A stretch of DNA of 64,000 bases from Octopus sinensis (Eukaryota). How positions within the stretch are numbered: the first letter of the stretch is position 1; each line of letters begins with the position of its first letter. Where the stretch lies: positions 110,236,001 through 110,300,000 of the forward strand of contig NC_042998.1 of assembly GCF_006345805.1 (NCBI RefSeq), written 5' to 3'. This document shows positions 1 to 14,971 of this stretch, piece after piece. The notes below the pieces were generated by a model. The model did no database searches and had not been told where the DNA came from. It saw only the letters and a program-made list of their open reading frames with translations. The position numbers and the translations under genes are program-made.

Positions 1-429
1 TAGAATGACGATGAGAGAAATCGAAAGAAAGGTTCTGAGAGACTTAACATGAGATGTGCAACATGATTGCACATACTAGGCTTGGTGGCAGTTAAGGATT
101 AAAAGAAAATTCTCTGCCCCTCACACACAATAACAGAAGGAATTATCGAGTAATATTTTTCTTTTGAAAGTCAGTATTCATTTTATTATTTTCAATAAGC
201 GCCAAGGAATTAGATAAACGTGAATTAATAATTATCTTATTTGTGCCATAGGTCTGCATACCCAAGGCGTCAACGGCCAAAGTATATTTCCATATGACAG
301 GTAACTTTCAAGTATATATAAATGATATAATAAAGTTTTTAATATTGATGTAAAATACTGATAACACACCACTAATTTAATAATATCTATGAAACATATA
401 TAAGTGAAGGTATTTTGTATCAGACTCAC

Positions 430-511
430 GCAGGAATAAGCACCAAGAGCGAAAGAAGATTCTGATATCCAAAATGAACAAGACTCCGAGTCCTAGCAAT
501 CTCAGTTCCAT
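430..511 (-). CDS. Candidate first coding exon (hydrophobic, signal-peptide-like), unverified
   Basis: Minus strand ATG at 511 reads MELRLLGLGVLFILDIRIFFRSWCLFL (27 codons plus 1 nt), followed by consensus donor GTGAGT (429-424), phase 1. No downstream exon is visible in the window. Confidence 0.3.
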
Positions 512-1153
512 TACCCTCGAAAAAAGTCACCCACAATCATTAATATCCCTCTGTTTATCAGTCTCTTTCTCTCCCTTTCTCTTTGTCTTTCTCTCATTCT
601 TTGAAACATGATATAGTTTTGTGATATTCTAATGCAGAGTAAACTACAGATGTGTCGAGCACAGTTCGAATAAATATATTTCATTGTTCTTCTTCTTTAA
701 TAAACAAAAGTGCGTCTTCCATGAAGCAAGATTTACTGTTGGCTACTCTTCTCTATATTCCACTCGTGAAATGTTTTCGAGAAATTTAAGAACAGTAGTG
801 TTGCCCTTGACGCTAGCATAGTGCTCGGCTGTCTCTCAAGAAAACTATTCCCCTTATATGTTCCGTCCGTCCCCCGTCCTTTGGATAGGTGCCCTTGCAC
901 TCAGTCTTTTTGCACAGGCAGCGTAAAATACCTCTACGTAGTGTTATATCCCCACAATAACACTTTATTCCTAAACCGTACTATATACCTTCTTAAATTA
1001 CTAGATCTATGAATTAGCCACATACACCGAGAAAAAGTTTACACGGTGGAATGTGGACGCTTTCTAGCGCTATCAGGAAGGAGTTAGAAGTCTCCCGGTC
1101 ATCAAAATGTTACGTGTGTGTGTATATACAATATATATATAAATATATATATA

Positions 1154-1202
<49 letters not shown>

Positions 1203-1204
<2 letters not shown>

Positions 1205-1915
1205 ACAATGAGTCAAAAGTTTTTCCGGATTTTTATTAATGATTTTTTGCAACTTGTATATACATGTTATATCATTAATCTGATATAACTTGCTGTCCAA
1301 TCGTTGTTGAATTGTTTTTCTTTATTTTTATATGTAACATATACACATTTATTCTTTTTTATTTCACGATAATGAGTTAAAAATTGTAATTAGAGGTATT
1401 TTATGCTACCTGTGGAAAAAAGAATTGTGTGCAAGGACAGCGGCAAAAGAATTTAATGATGTGGAACTCCTTAGGAACTAACAGAAAACTTGTGTACAAA
1501 ACTGGTTCAGAAGTTTCAGAGAAGGAGACAATTCCCTCAAAGACAATTGAAGGTCAGGGAGACCTTCTAGTATGGAAGATGAAGTCTTGCTTGAAATGGT
1601 TGAACAACAGCCAAGCACAAACACTCTTAAATTGTTTTCAGAATCTGATCGAGTGAACTGCGCTGTCCAGAAGCTCCTCATGAAATTAAAAATGATCAGA
1701 TTCAACGGCGTGCGAATATTGTAAACAACTGCTGGTAAAATCTTGTGGCGCCCATTTTAAGCATCGAATTTTAAATGGGGATGAAAAATGGATCTATTTT
1801 GCTAAACCTAACAAGAGGAAGCAGTGGCTTCGTTCCACCCAACTTCAGAACCTGTTGTCAAACAAGAGTAGGCTGAAAAGAAGGTCATGTTGTTTGTTTG
1901 GTGGAATTTCAAGAT
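1203..1915 (+). mobile_element. Decayed mariner transposon, 5' part
   Basis: TIR-like start after TA at about 1203. Frameshifted transposase motifs: IRGILCYLWKK..ARTAAKEFN, NWFRSFREGDNSLKD..RSGRPS, GDEKWIYF..PNKRKQWL, KKVMLFVWWNF. Stops and frameshifts; 3' end missing. Confidence 0.85.
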
Positions 1916-2217
1916 GTAGAAAAGTAAAACGGGAAAGACACATGGAGAGACTTATAAAAATATAACCACAAAATTATGGCATTATGTTCTTGATAGTATA
2001 TCTCTAATCAGGAACATCTTATTTAACTGATATTTCATCGAAGAAATTCCTGCTGTGACCATCCAGGAAAATAAATTTAGTGCAACATTATCAAATATTA
2101 CTAAGTACATTCAAGAAGTTTCGTTGAAGAAGTTACTTCACAGAGACTTCATCAGTAATTTTGTAGTTCCACGAACGTTGACATGTTCTCTAGAAAGTTC
2201 GTATATATGTATGTATA

Positions 2218-2375
2218 GGCGCATGCGTGGCTGTGTGGTACGATGCTTGCTTTCCGACCACATGGTTCCAGATTCAGTCTCACTGCACCGTACCTATAAT
2301 GAAAGTTCCTTTCACTATAGACCCGGGCAGACCAAAATCTCGTGAGCGAATTTGTTAGATAGAAACATGCCCGTC
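2218..2375 (+). mobile_element. tRNA-derived SINE family A, 5' half
   Basis: A-box-like GTGGCTGTGTGG and B-box-like GATTCAGTCTC. Homologous to the copy at 45158; ends in a microsatellite. Confidence 0.75.
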
Positions 2376-2376
2376 C

Positions 2377-2422
<46 letters not shown>

Positions 2423-2423
2423 G

Positions 2424-2490
<67 letters not shown>

Positions 2491-2891
2491 TTTATATATA
2501 TGGAAAGAAAAAGTGTATTCCCATGCAGAAAAAAATATTGAATTTGTTTGAGGGTTTGAAAATGTACCTGAAGCTAAAAAACGTGCAATCCTTTTTAAAT
2601 AGTTTTTCTTCACACACCAAACTATAATACTTTCGACAATTTTCTGTTTATCAATTTGTACAAGTATATATGAAAAAAATTGGGTGTTTAGGAGTGTTCG
2701 AGATTAAAAGTTTAAAATTGGACAAAAATGTACACAGAAAATTCAATGAGTTTCAGAGGAATAGATTGTAATATATATAGACATGCCCGTGAGTGTATAT
2801 GCTTGTGTTTGTTTTTGTGTCGGTCTTTGCCACCATCAAATAATATATGTATTATATACATACATACATACATACATACATACATACTTAT

Positions 2892-2928
<37 letters not shown>

Positions 2929-3274
2929 GTTCAGCAACAATTTAGATTCGAATGAATATGGTACTTAATTTAGATGCACCAGAATTTTGTATGGTGTTAT
3001 CCATAAAAAATTGTGGGGTGATTATAACCAAAATAAGCAACAAGAATGACTCCGTTAATTTGGTACAATTGTTTCGTACTATATCATTTTATTAATGTTG
3101 TAAGCATTATATTGCTTATTTTGAGTATATATATATATTATATATTATATATATATATATATATACATCTATTGTGTGTGATTATGTATCTATTTCTCTC
3201 TCTCTATCTGTGTATATTGTATATATGCAACACACTCCAACACCCACAGTCACACACACAACACACACACACAA

Positions 3275-3320
<46 letters not shown>

Positions 3321-3912
3321 ATCTGGATAACTGCTCCCAGCTGTGGTCACTGCAAGGCGTCGAACTGGTGGCGGAACATGATGTAATCTAGCACCATTAC
3401 ATCAAGAAGAAGATCGACTCGGTGAAACAGATGAGCTACTGGGAGAGGCTAAAAAAACCTGAAACTCTATACCCCGAAGAGAAGGCGAGAGAGACATGCA
3501 GTGAAATACATGTGGAAGAGCCTGGATGCTCTCGCTCCCAACTTTGGAATTATAAGACAACTACCGGACTGGACAGAATTGCATAATACCAAAGTTTTCT
3601 CCGTTTCGAATAAGGAACCAGTTCTGCAAAAGGTTGGGTTTCTGAGGTCCATAACTGTTTAACATCCTCCCAAACAACCTTAAAGATTTGTGAGGTGAAG
3701 ATATGGTGCCGTCAAAAAGTATCGGGACAAATTTGTATCAGAAGTCCTAGACGAAGCCACATCACGGTAGGAAGCACAAAGGTGAGTGACTCCACCCAAT
3801 TCGCTTCTTCATCAAAGACAGTACAGAAAGGAGATTCAAATACACTGAAAGGTGGTGATCTAGCGTGGCCCCAACCTTCGGCTGAAACCAGTAAAAGAAT
3901 AAAATAATAAAA
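3321..3912 (+). mobile_element. CR1/L2-like LINE 3' fragment
   Basis: Translates as LDNCSQLWS...MSYWERLKK/LKLYTPKRRRERHAVKYMWKSLDALAPNFGI, typical of a CR1-group ORF2 C-terminus. Ends in an A-rich (TAAAA)-type tail. Confidence 0.75.
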
Positions 3913-4270
3913 GAAAAACGAACACACACACACACACCCCCAACACACACACACACACACACACACCACGCGCGTACATCTATAAATGTATGTATATATG
4001 CACATACACATATAAAATAAATATTGTATAAATGTATATACGTATATTTATACGTATACTTTTATATTCATCTTAAAATTTAGCAGAAGCGAAAAGGACG
4101 AAATTTTTGTGCTTCGGCACACATCAAGCGTGAAACGTAAAGTGCTAACACACGAAATTCTCGGGTCTTGAGTCACTCTGTCGTTTCTGTTAAATATTAA
4201 TAAAAATATACACATTCTCGTATTTTGAGTTCTATTTCTCCTGTTAGCATTACCAATACTAAGCGTGTGC

Positions 4271-4314
<44 letters not shown>

Positions 4315-4317
<3 letters not shown>

Positions 4318-4510
4318 ACTTCGGCCATGCTGGAGGACCACCTTCAAGGGGTATTAGTCGAACAAGTCGACTCCAGGACTTATATTTCTAAGCTTAGTAT
4401 CTATTCCACCGGTTACTATTCCCGAACAGCTAAGTTACGGGGAACGTAAATACATCAATACCGTTTGTCAAGCGGTGATGAGAGACTAACGCAGACACAA
4501 AGACACACGG
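4315..4510 (-). mobile_element. SINE family A, 3' half
   Basis: Reverse complement contains ACCGCTTGACAAACGG..TTTACGTTCCCCGTAACTTAGCTGTTCGG..GGTGGTCCTCCAGCATGGCCG, matching the 3' half of the copy at 45500-46030. Confidence 0.75.
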
Positions 4511-4888
4511 GCAACCCCCACCCCAAATATATATATATACATACATACATGCATACATACATTTAGATACATACGCACACTCATATATATTGTGAATATG
4601 TTGTGTTGCAGTCAAAAATGTTATATAGCTGTGTAAGTTATATAGTATTAAAAAAGCTATTTCATACATTAAATCATTTCTCCCCCTCTCTCTTTCTCTA
4701 TCTGTCAGTCTGTTGTTTGGTGTTTTTTCGTCTATCTCTCTCCAAATAAATATGTATATATATATATATCATATATATATGTGTGTGTATATCAGGTTAG
4801 CGAGGTAACTATTTCCTTCCTTGTTTTTTCTTCACCTTTCACCTCTTCACGCTCTTTCTCACCCCCCCCCCTCTCTCTCTCTCTCTCA

Positions 4889-4937
<49 letters not shown>

Positions 4938-5881
4938 GCCCTCCATATATCTATGCTACCAACATTCCTGGTACTGCCTTTCTAGTTATATGCATAATTC
5001 CGTCTACTCATTTCTCAGTATGATCCAATATGAAAAGCTAAACCACGAAGAAAGTACTTATTTTACGTTTTCTCTTCAGATACTTTTGATGTCTCCTTAG
5101 TTTACGATATAGTTTATTCCTTGCACCGTATTCAATTATAGCGATGCCATACACATAGCTTAAACTTGGCATAAAAAATTTCCGTGCATGTGCGCGCACA
5201 CACACACTCACACACACGCAGTCAGACGCACGCACATACTAATACACACACACCACATACACACACAAATAAACACACACACCACACACACACACACGCT
5301 AACATATAATGGGGTGGCTGGTTGAGTGGCGAGCACCTATGCGTGTGTGCTTGTTTGTGTGTGTGCGTGTGTGTGTGTGTATTTGTGCGCGCAGGTATCT
5401 GTTTGTGTGTGTTGTACGTATCTAAGGTTATGCCAAACATTGGATGACATGTGATCTGTTGATTGACGTTCCTTCTGAAAGTCGTATATTTTAAAACTTA
5501 TATTGCCAAAGTTGAGTCAATGTTTTCCTCACTCCAAGATATATATAGAGTTTAATCAATTGCAGAAGGTACTTTCGACATTGATCTGAGTAACTTCATT
5601 GATCTGTCATTTATTCATAGATTACTTACAGATGCAAGCGCACGCTCACGTACACGAATACACACAGATACACGCATACACATATTCACACACATACACT
5701 AAATTTGTTGTGGATTCATAGAATTCTGTGACAGTCACAGAAAGCTCCTCTGATGAACCACGTAGTAACCGTACGTAGGAGTTTGATGTAGAGTTCTATG
5801 CATTTGAAATCCAGAAGATCCAATCTGTGAAATTATTTCATGGGGTGTATATAGATCATAAAATGTTAGGAGGTATGGCAG

Positions 5882-6218
5882 GGAAATATATTTATTCAAT
5901 CACTTAGGATGATGGCTGTTTCGCAGACTTCATCATATGACAATACTTTCAGTGTATAATAATTTTATTTTACATGTCTCCACCATTAGGCATCTACACA
6001 TTGCACCGTACTATTGCACAATTACAAATCAATGCAGATATAAAGGCTAGCTCTTCAGATCAAAAGAACAAATGGATACACGTATGCTTCAACTTTCCAC
6101 GCATACTGGCGGCAACATGTAAAATAATATATCATACACTGAAATTATCATTATACGATGAAGGCTGCGAAACGGGCATCATCCTGTGGATATCAAGTGG
6201 TCGAATAAATATTTTCAC
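5882..6218. repeat. About 100-bp imperfect inverted repeat (MITE- or foldback-like)
   Basis: Arm 5882-5988 (reverse complement ..TACACTGAAAGTATTGTCATATGATGAAGTCTGCGAAACAGCCATCATCC..) matches arm 6101-6218 (..TACACTGAAATTATCATTATACGATGAAGGCTGCGAAACGGGCATCATCC..). Confidence 0.8.
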
Positions 6219-6293
6219 CTCTCATACTTCTTGAATTTTTATATGTGTGTATGTGCGTGTGTGTGCGTGTGTGTGTGTGTGTAAGTTTGAATG

Positions 6294-6325
<32 letters not shown>

Positions 6326-6499
6326 ACTGTATGTATACATCGATCGATCGATAGATCGATAGATAGATAGATAGAGAAATGCGTGCATGCACATATGTAT
6401 ACATGTAGCTATGAAACTGCTTTCTTCAACACAAAACTTCAGGAAAGGGGAATATATTTTAAGAAAGCTATATCTTGCCCCACAGGCAACTAGCTAAAA

Positions 6500-6900
6500 C
6501 TGAATCGAACGCCCCTGAGTTTACATCTTGACACCGATTCATACAAATCAATCATTGCTAATATATGTAGTGACAGCTAGGTAAATGTAATGATGTGCTA
6601 TGTGTAATAGCATTCGTTTTTTCGAAAGGAAATATTCCAATGGTCATACTATATATTATTGTCGAAATAATTATCTTTTATAAGCTTCAGATTTGTTGTG
6701 GATATTAGTGTTACTACTGTAATTGTTTCTCCTGTGACCAAATATATCCGAATTTAGCGCCGGTCCTCCTTTCGATATAACATATCGAGGATTGATTTAT
6801 CCAGTGGCTTCTGCTGTTTTATGATGGTGTAAATGTACATAAAGGGGGATTTCACTCTCTATTTCTTCTAAGTTGTTGCTAACTAATGTAATCTGAATTA
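6500..6900 (-). mobile_element. Possible highly decayed LINE RT remnant
   Basis: Weak resemblance (KTAEATG*INP...KGGPAL) to the KAPGxD..GG segment upstream of LINE RT domains. Confidence 0.2.
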
Positions 6901-7837
6901 ATCTTGTGATATTTGTGTTGTTGTTGCTGCTATTTTCAATCTCTTTAAACTTTCTGGTTAATGCGGGTAAAGTGATAGCTTGAACATTCGTTACTTTCCA
7001 GATTCCGTCAGATGATAAGAAGTGTATTTCAGAAAGTCTATTAATCTGGTCCAAAGGGCACCTTCAACACACTACTACAAACTAATGAAATATTTATTAA
7101 ATTACAGGTGTATTATAATTTACAGTAATGAGTCGTACACACCACATGTGTCATATTTACAGTCGGATGGATTGTGGTATTTGAAAAAATACGACAATAA
7201 AATGAAATGAAATAGATTTTAGTTAAAGCATAAGACCCATATACGAAATTGTCAAAAGATTGGAATAGATGAGCACTACTCCATAAATATAGTCGCCGGC
7301 AACCTTAGATATTTAATGATCGTCGTAAACTTTTATTACTCTTAGCAGATTGTTCATGTGTATTATTCAGACATTGCGCAACGTATATCCAGTGAGGATG
7401 GATATAGTCTAAGCTGTAATCGAAAAGTGTTTCAGGGATTAGATTTCGTGTAGAACATGACACGTAAAAGTATACGATTGGTATACAGATAATGGATCAT
7501 TACACTGGAATGTAGCCGTCAAATTGAAGTAAAAGAACAGATTCGAGATTGAATCAATAAAAGTCTAATATATGACTGGTATAAAATTTGTTTTCATTCC
7601 ATACATTAAAGCCAGTCAAATCTAGTTGGATTTTAAATAAGAATTTAAAATGATGTAAATAGAGAGTAATGAATCTGCAGGTTCTATTAATCCACCTCTC
7701 TTGAATTAATAGTGATGATAATAATACTGAAAATAATCTTGATTATTAACTTTGGAGAGGGGCTTAAATTTATAGTGAAACTATATCATCCATCGACTAG
7801 TCTGCAATATATAACTCAGACAAATGTTATAAAAATA

Positions 7838-8035
7838 ATGATAATGACGATGATGATGAAGATGATGATGATGATGATGATGGTTATGATGATGATGATG
7901 ATGATGATGATGGTGATGAAGATGATGACGACAACGAGGACAACGTCTACAATGGTGGTAATGACGACGGCGATAGTAATGATAATGACGATAACGTTGA
8001 CGACGATGGATGTGATGCTGGTGCTACTGGTGATA
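7838..8035. repeat. (ATG/ACG)n trinucleotide low-complexity tract
   Basis: Direct reading; source of the poly-Met ORF 7712..8200. Confidence 0.95.
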
Positions 8036-8059
8036 AAAAATATGATGGGGTGGTTTTTC

Positions 8060-8295
8060 TCCTACATAGAAGACATGCCAGTACCCCTTTGCATCTACAG
8101 CATCAACGCCACAGCCAACGAGGGATCCTTAAAGTTATCGTATGACTTGCTAGATATGGCAGCCAAATTTTCCTTACCCTTCTCTGTACTATATTCATAA
8201 AAGAAATCGGTAGAAACTGTAGTCCTCGGAACGAGGAACACATTCAATTATAGCTCTACTCGCTCAAGGATGATCTGGGACTAAAAAATAACTAC
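8060..8295 (+). mobile_element. Dispersed repeat (SINE-like body or tail), family D
   Basis: Motif TGCTAGATATGGCAGCCAAAT..CCCT recurs in reverse orientation at about 18161-18212 and 58018-58063. Confidence 0.55.
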
Positions 8296-8615
8296 AGCAG
8301 CTTCATCAGGTTTCCTACGTGAACATGTCTGCTTCTAGTGCACACGGATACATATAGCGTATTCTCCGATGTTTTTGACAACGAACAGCCAAATCTTCGA
8401 ACAACTAAATTCCTACATATGTAATTAACGTGCAAAAAGTGTGAGTAATCCACAGACACATGGATGAAACAAAATGGTGTGCTATTGAATTAGAAATACA
8501 ATTCAGAATGAGAGCGAGAGAGCAATTCATCTGAACTCCTATTTGTTTATCCAGTTCTAAAGTATGATAAACAGTTAATCTCAAGCGGATTTGAACGCAA
8601 AGAGTATTTATATAT

Positions 8616-10760
<2,145 letters not shown>

Positions 10761-11301
10761 ATGAGTATGTGCCTGCATACGTCTATGTCTATGTATGTTT
10801 ATTTGTATATTTGTTTCAGTGTATACTAATCTATCATGGATCTTTTACATCATCTTTATAGACATAGCCGAAATATGATGTCCCAAAAATGCATAAGTGT
10901 AGCCAGGGGTAACATAGTTCACTGAAATCGTGACAAGCTATATGATCATATATATGCCCTCCCCCGTCTTTAAATCTCGCCCAAGACCACTACACTGAAT
11001 TCCCCACTCTCATCAATCTTGTGTATTTGTTCTCTCTCTTCATTGACTTTTTGATTCAATTCATGCATAAAGAAGTTGTTGGGGTTTTTCTCTGAAGAAA
11101 ACCCTAATAAAAATGTTTGACTTCGGCTACAATCATTACAGTAACACACACACACGTTCAGTTATACACACAACTGTTGCCATGTAGTAAGGGTTGTAGG
11201 AAGTGGATAGACGAACTGTGAAAGGTCCTTGACTATGGACTTTAGTAGTTCATCAATTGCGCTAGTACTGAGAAATAGCCTTGGTTGTTGTTTATACACA
11301 T

Positions 11302-11347
<46 letters not shown>

Positions 11348-11907
11348 TATATGTATAGTTTTAATGTTGAGGAAGCTTTAGTGCAGTAATACATCTTTCT
11401 GGGAATTTGGGCGTGTGGGTGGGTTGTTCTTTTTATTTGGTTTTGTTCATTGTTTTTATTTTGTGAAGAAACTTAACTTCAGGCAACTTTTACAGATCAG
11501 TTTTTAAACACTATTTTCTAAGTCTGACAAAGGTAAATAGAGGATACAATATTGAGTTTTGCACCTCCACTAAATTTTAGGAGGTGCAATTGCATCCACT
11601 GAACCCTGTGTTCCCGGACCCTTGCACGTAATGTAAATGTTTACATTTACTTGTTCCAAATGGTCTTGTTGTTGAAGAAAGTGCAACGACGAAATAAATA
11701 TATTAAAGATTTCTACTTAAGCATAAGGCCTCAAATCTGAGAGGGCCACAATCGATTATATCGTTCTGGTACTTCACTTGTATTTCATTCTTCGATTCTT
11801 GCATGACGGAAACAAAGTCGACCTCGACAAGATTTAAACTGAGTACGCAAAAAGCCACAAAATTGAATCGTTGACGGGCACATGATCGTACATTTTGATG
11901 GTGAGGA

Positions 11908-13100
11908 AACAATCGATGAAATCAACGCCAGTACTAACTGCTACTTTATTCAATTTCTGAAATTAATTTATTTCTTAGTGTATTACGTAATTTAGGGGGT
12001 CCTTTTGCTGTTCCTTCTACCTACTTTAAAGTTTGCAACGATGTACCTATGTGTGGAATTATTAGTTTCTAAATAAATGATAATAATTATTGTATCCTAG
12101 TAATTATAATAACGACTCCAGGGGAAGAAAGTTGACTAGATTTGAATGAAGAACCCAAAGAATGGTATCTAAATGCCACATAGTAATTTATCGCACGCTT
12201 TATTTTTAAAAATATTCAGTAATACTCAGAAGACCCACAAACTTTTGAAAGAGAGTTAGAATAGAATAATATATTGTACTGGTACTTTATATTGTCGATC
12301 CTGAAACGAGAAAGGCAATATGAACTCCGGCGAGATTTAATCATATTTCTTGCCCCGTAGTCAAATGACTGAAACAAATAAAATAATAAAAGAATGGTCT
12401 ATGGATTATACATTTCACAGCCCTTTTGACTATATAATTTCTAGCATACGAAATGGGTCACAGATTTTCGAGCGGGGATGAATCAATTAAATCGATGCCT
12501 CTATTTTTTTTTTTTTGGCTCCCAGAAGGATGAAAATCGGAGATATTCGAACTCAAACCTTAAATAGCCAACAAAGATTTGAAACTTATTGTTTCCAACA
12601 TAGGTGCAAAACCAAAACTTAGCTAGGAATATTGTCGTCGATTAAATTTGAGTTCAAATTTGACTTCAAATTTGACTATTTTATCGACATTTGAGGGAAA
12701 TGCAAAGTTGACATCGGTGAAGGTTGCGTACTGATGGTAAGGAACCTAGCAGACTTTTATATAAATGCTTGTGAAATATGAACAAGGTCACAAAAGTTTG
12801 GTAGTTTGATGGTCTAGTCAATTAACACGTCTTTTCTTCTTGAATTGTACTTTATTTTATCGATCACGGAATGAAAACAGGATGATAGTATATGCACTCA
12901 GAAAGGTAAAGAGCCAAATAAGGGCTTTTAAAATAATGGTTTCATATTTAGACACGAAACAATCACTTTTGAGGAGAGAAGTGCTGTCGATAAAAACGAC
13001 GACACACATAACTAATACTTTATTTTATGAGCCATGAAGTGGAGAAAGTACGAAAACTTATCTCGGGAGGATTTGAACTCAGAACACGAGGAGCTGAATA
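11908..13100 (-). mobile_element. Head-to-tail array of about 6 decayed SINE family B copies (Meta-domain-like)
   Basis: Repeated degenerate TCGAT..ACTGGTACTT..TTATCGA..GATGAAAGGCAAAGT.GAC.TCGG..ATTTGAACTC at roughly 170-200 bp spacing, all in the same orientation. Compare the cleaner copy at 29120-29337. Confidence 0.65.
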
Positions 13101-13179
13101 ACTCTTTTATAACAAAGAAATATCTAACACTTCATACTAAATGCATTCAATTAACTAATTAAGAATTATGATATCAATG

Positions 13180-13290
13180 AAGAAGAAGAAGAAGAAGAAG
13201 AAGAAGAAGAAGAAGAAGAAGAAGAAGAAGAAGAAGAAGAAGAAGAAGAAGAAGAAGAAGAAGAAGAAGAAGAAGAAGAAGAAGAAGAAG
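13180..13290. repeat. Pure (AAG)37 tract followed by (ATG)n
   Basis: Direct reading; 111 bp uninterrupted. Confidence 0.98.
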
Positions 13291-13451
13291 ATAATGATGA
13301 TGATGATGACGATGATGATGATGATTATGTTCTCCGTACATGCCAGAAGAGGTTGCTAAAAGTTAAATAACTTAGACGATAATACTAAAGCATCTTTAGA
13401 AACAATATGAAAAAAAATGTTTATATATATATATACATATATGTATGTATG

Positions 13452-13515
<64 letters not shown>

Positions 13516-13566
13516 GTTTATACATATATGCATATATATATATGTGTGTGTGTGTATTAATATATA

Positions 13567-13600
<34 letters not shown>

Positions 13601-13829
13601 CTCACACACATACACACATACATACTCTAACACACACTTACACGCTTATCTTGCCACATACCGTAGTACGAAACACTTGGTCGTTGAGTCACTTCTATAG
13701 TAATACCAGCAAATAAAGAATGCACACGCACACGCATACAATACACGCGCGGACACACGCACACACACACTCACATACGTATATATTTTTTACCTATATA
13801 CAGGCACTATATACATACATACACACACA

Positions 13830-13891
<62 letters not shown>

Positions 13892-13921
13892 GTGTGTATA
13901 TATATATATATATGTGTGTGT

Positions 13922-13974
<53 letters not shown>

Positions 13975-14079
13975 GTAAATATAATCTAGTTATAATATCG
14001 ATGTCTCTTTCATTTTTATTGTCTTGCCATTTCTATCAATACATACATATATATATATATACATACATATATATATACA

Positions 14080-14118
<39 letters not shown>

Positions 14119-14146
14119 ACACACACACATATTATATATATATATA

Positions 14147-14206
<60 letters not shown>

Positions 14207-14289
14207 ATGTATTCGCACCGAATTCTTTTTCCTTTTTTGCATTTATATGATAACTATTTCCAGAATACCATAGTTTTCTGATAGACGAG

Positions 14290-14965
14290 GGATGGGGGAT
14301 TTTTTTGACGTAATCGAAACCGATACTTGATTGTTACTTAACTTTATTGATACCATAGGAGATTGAAAGACAAAGTGGACAATATCACTGATTACAGTAA
14401 CCACGTTTTCTAACGTAAGCATAAAGCAAGAACTTGTGGGAGAAGGGTGTTAGTCGATTATATTAGTCATCAATATTTCTCTGGCGTCACTGGTACCGGT
14501 GTCTTAATTTACTGCCCTTGAGGGTATGAAGGTATAAGTTCAATACGGAAGTATGTGAAATAAGAATATAGAGAAGCGGAAGAAATAGCACAATGTATTT
14601 TGTCTGGCGCTCCAACGATTCTACCATTTGATGGGAGGTAACTGTTGTGACAGGTACTATATTTTGACACATTCAAACATTTAGATAGAAAAAGGTGACC
14701 TGGGTGAGATTAGAACACGCGGCATAATCGCAGTTAAGTTAACAACACAAAACATCTTATCCGTCAGTCTACCGATACTGTGTCACATCGTATTCCCTGA
14801 GGATGTTGGAAAGTAGCAAAAAATAAATAAATTAAATAACAAGAAAGGTAGAGAAGGAAGTGGGATTCACTTACCTGCTAAATCCAAAAAGAGAACGGCT
14901 AGACTCAGGATCGAAATCGTAAAAGTCCGGTAAAATAGCGCGGTACGCTTTAGTCCTGTTCTCTT
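14290..14965 (-). mobile_element. Array of 3-4 decayed SINE family B copies
   Basis: Units at about 14290, 14405, 14650 and probably 14860-14965 share GTCGATT..GGTAC..GAAAG.CAAAGT..AAATA.CGC..TTT.GTCC motifs. Confidence 0.55.
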
Positions 14966-14971
14966 CCACAT
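14875..14971 (-). CDS. Candidate signal-peptide-like coding exon overlapping a decayed SINE, unverified
   Basis: AAAATG start at 14971; MWKRTGLKRTALFYRTFTISILSLAVLFLDLA (32 codons plus G); perfect CAG|GTAAGT donor, phase 1; pyrimidine-rich acceptor TGTGTTTCAG just upstream of 14997. Confidence 0.3.

Noticed and set aside
252-300. Plus-strand AG..GTAACT 49-nt exon-like segment
   Set aside because: Short, non-symmetric, no recognisable peptide and no partner exons.
5745-5800. CTGATGA followed by a hairpin (hammerhead?)
   Set aside because: No GAAA after the hairpin and no cleavage triplet in register.
10970-11347. Two protein-like minus-strand ORFs
   Set aside because: No splice context or recognisable domain; at most a decayed LINE endonuclease remnant (VVVLGEI).
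11908-13100. Regularly spaced repeats suggesting a CRISPR-like array
   Set aside because: Units are 170-200-bp divergent SINE copies with no identical short repeats or cas genes, in eukaryotic context.
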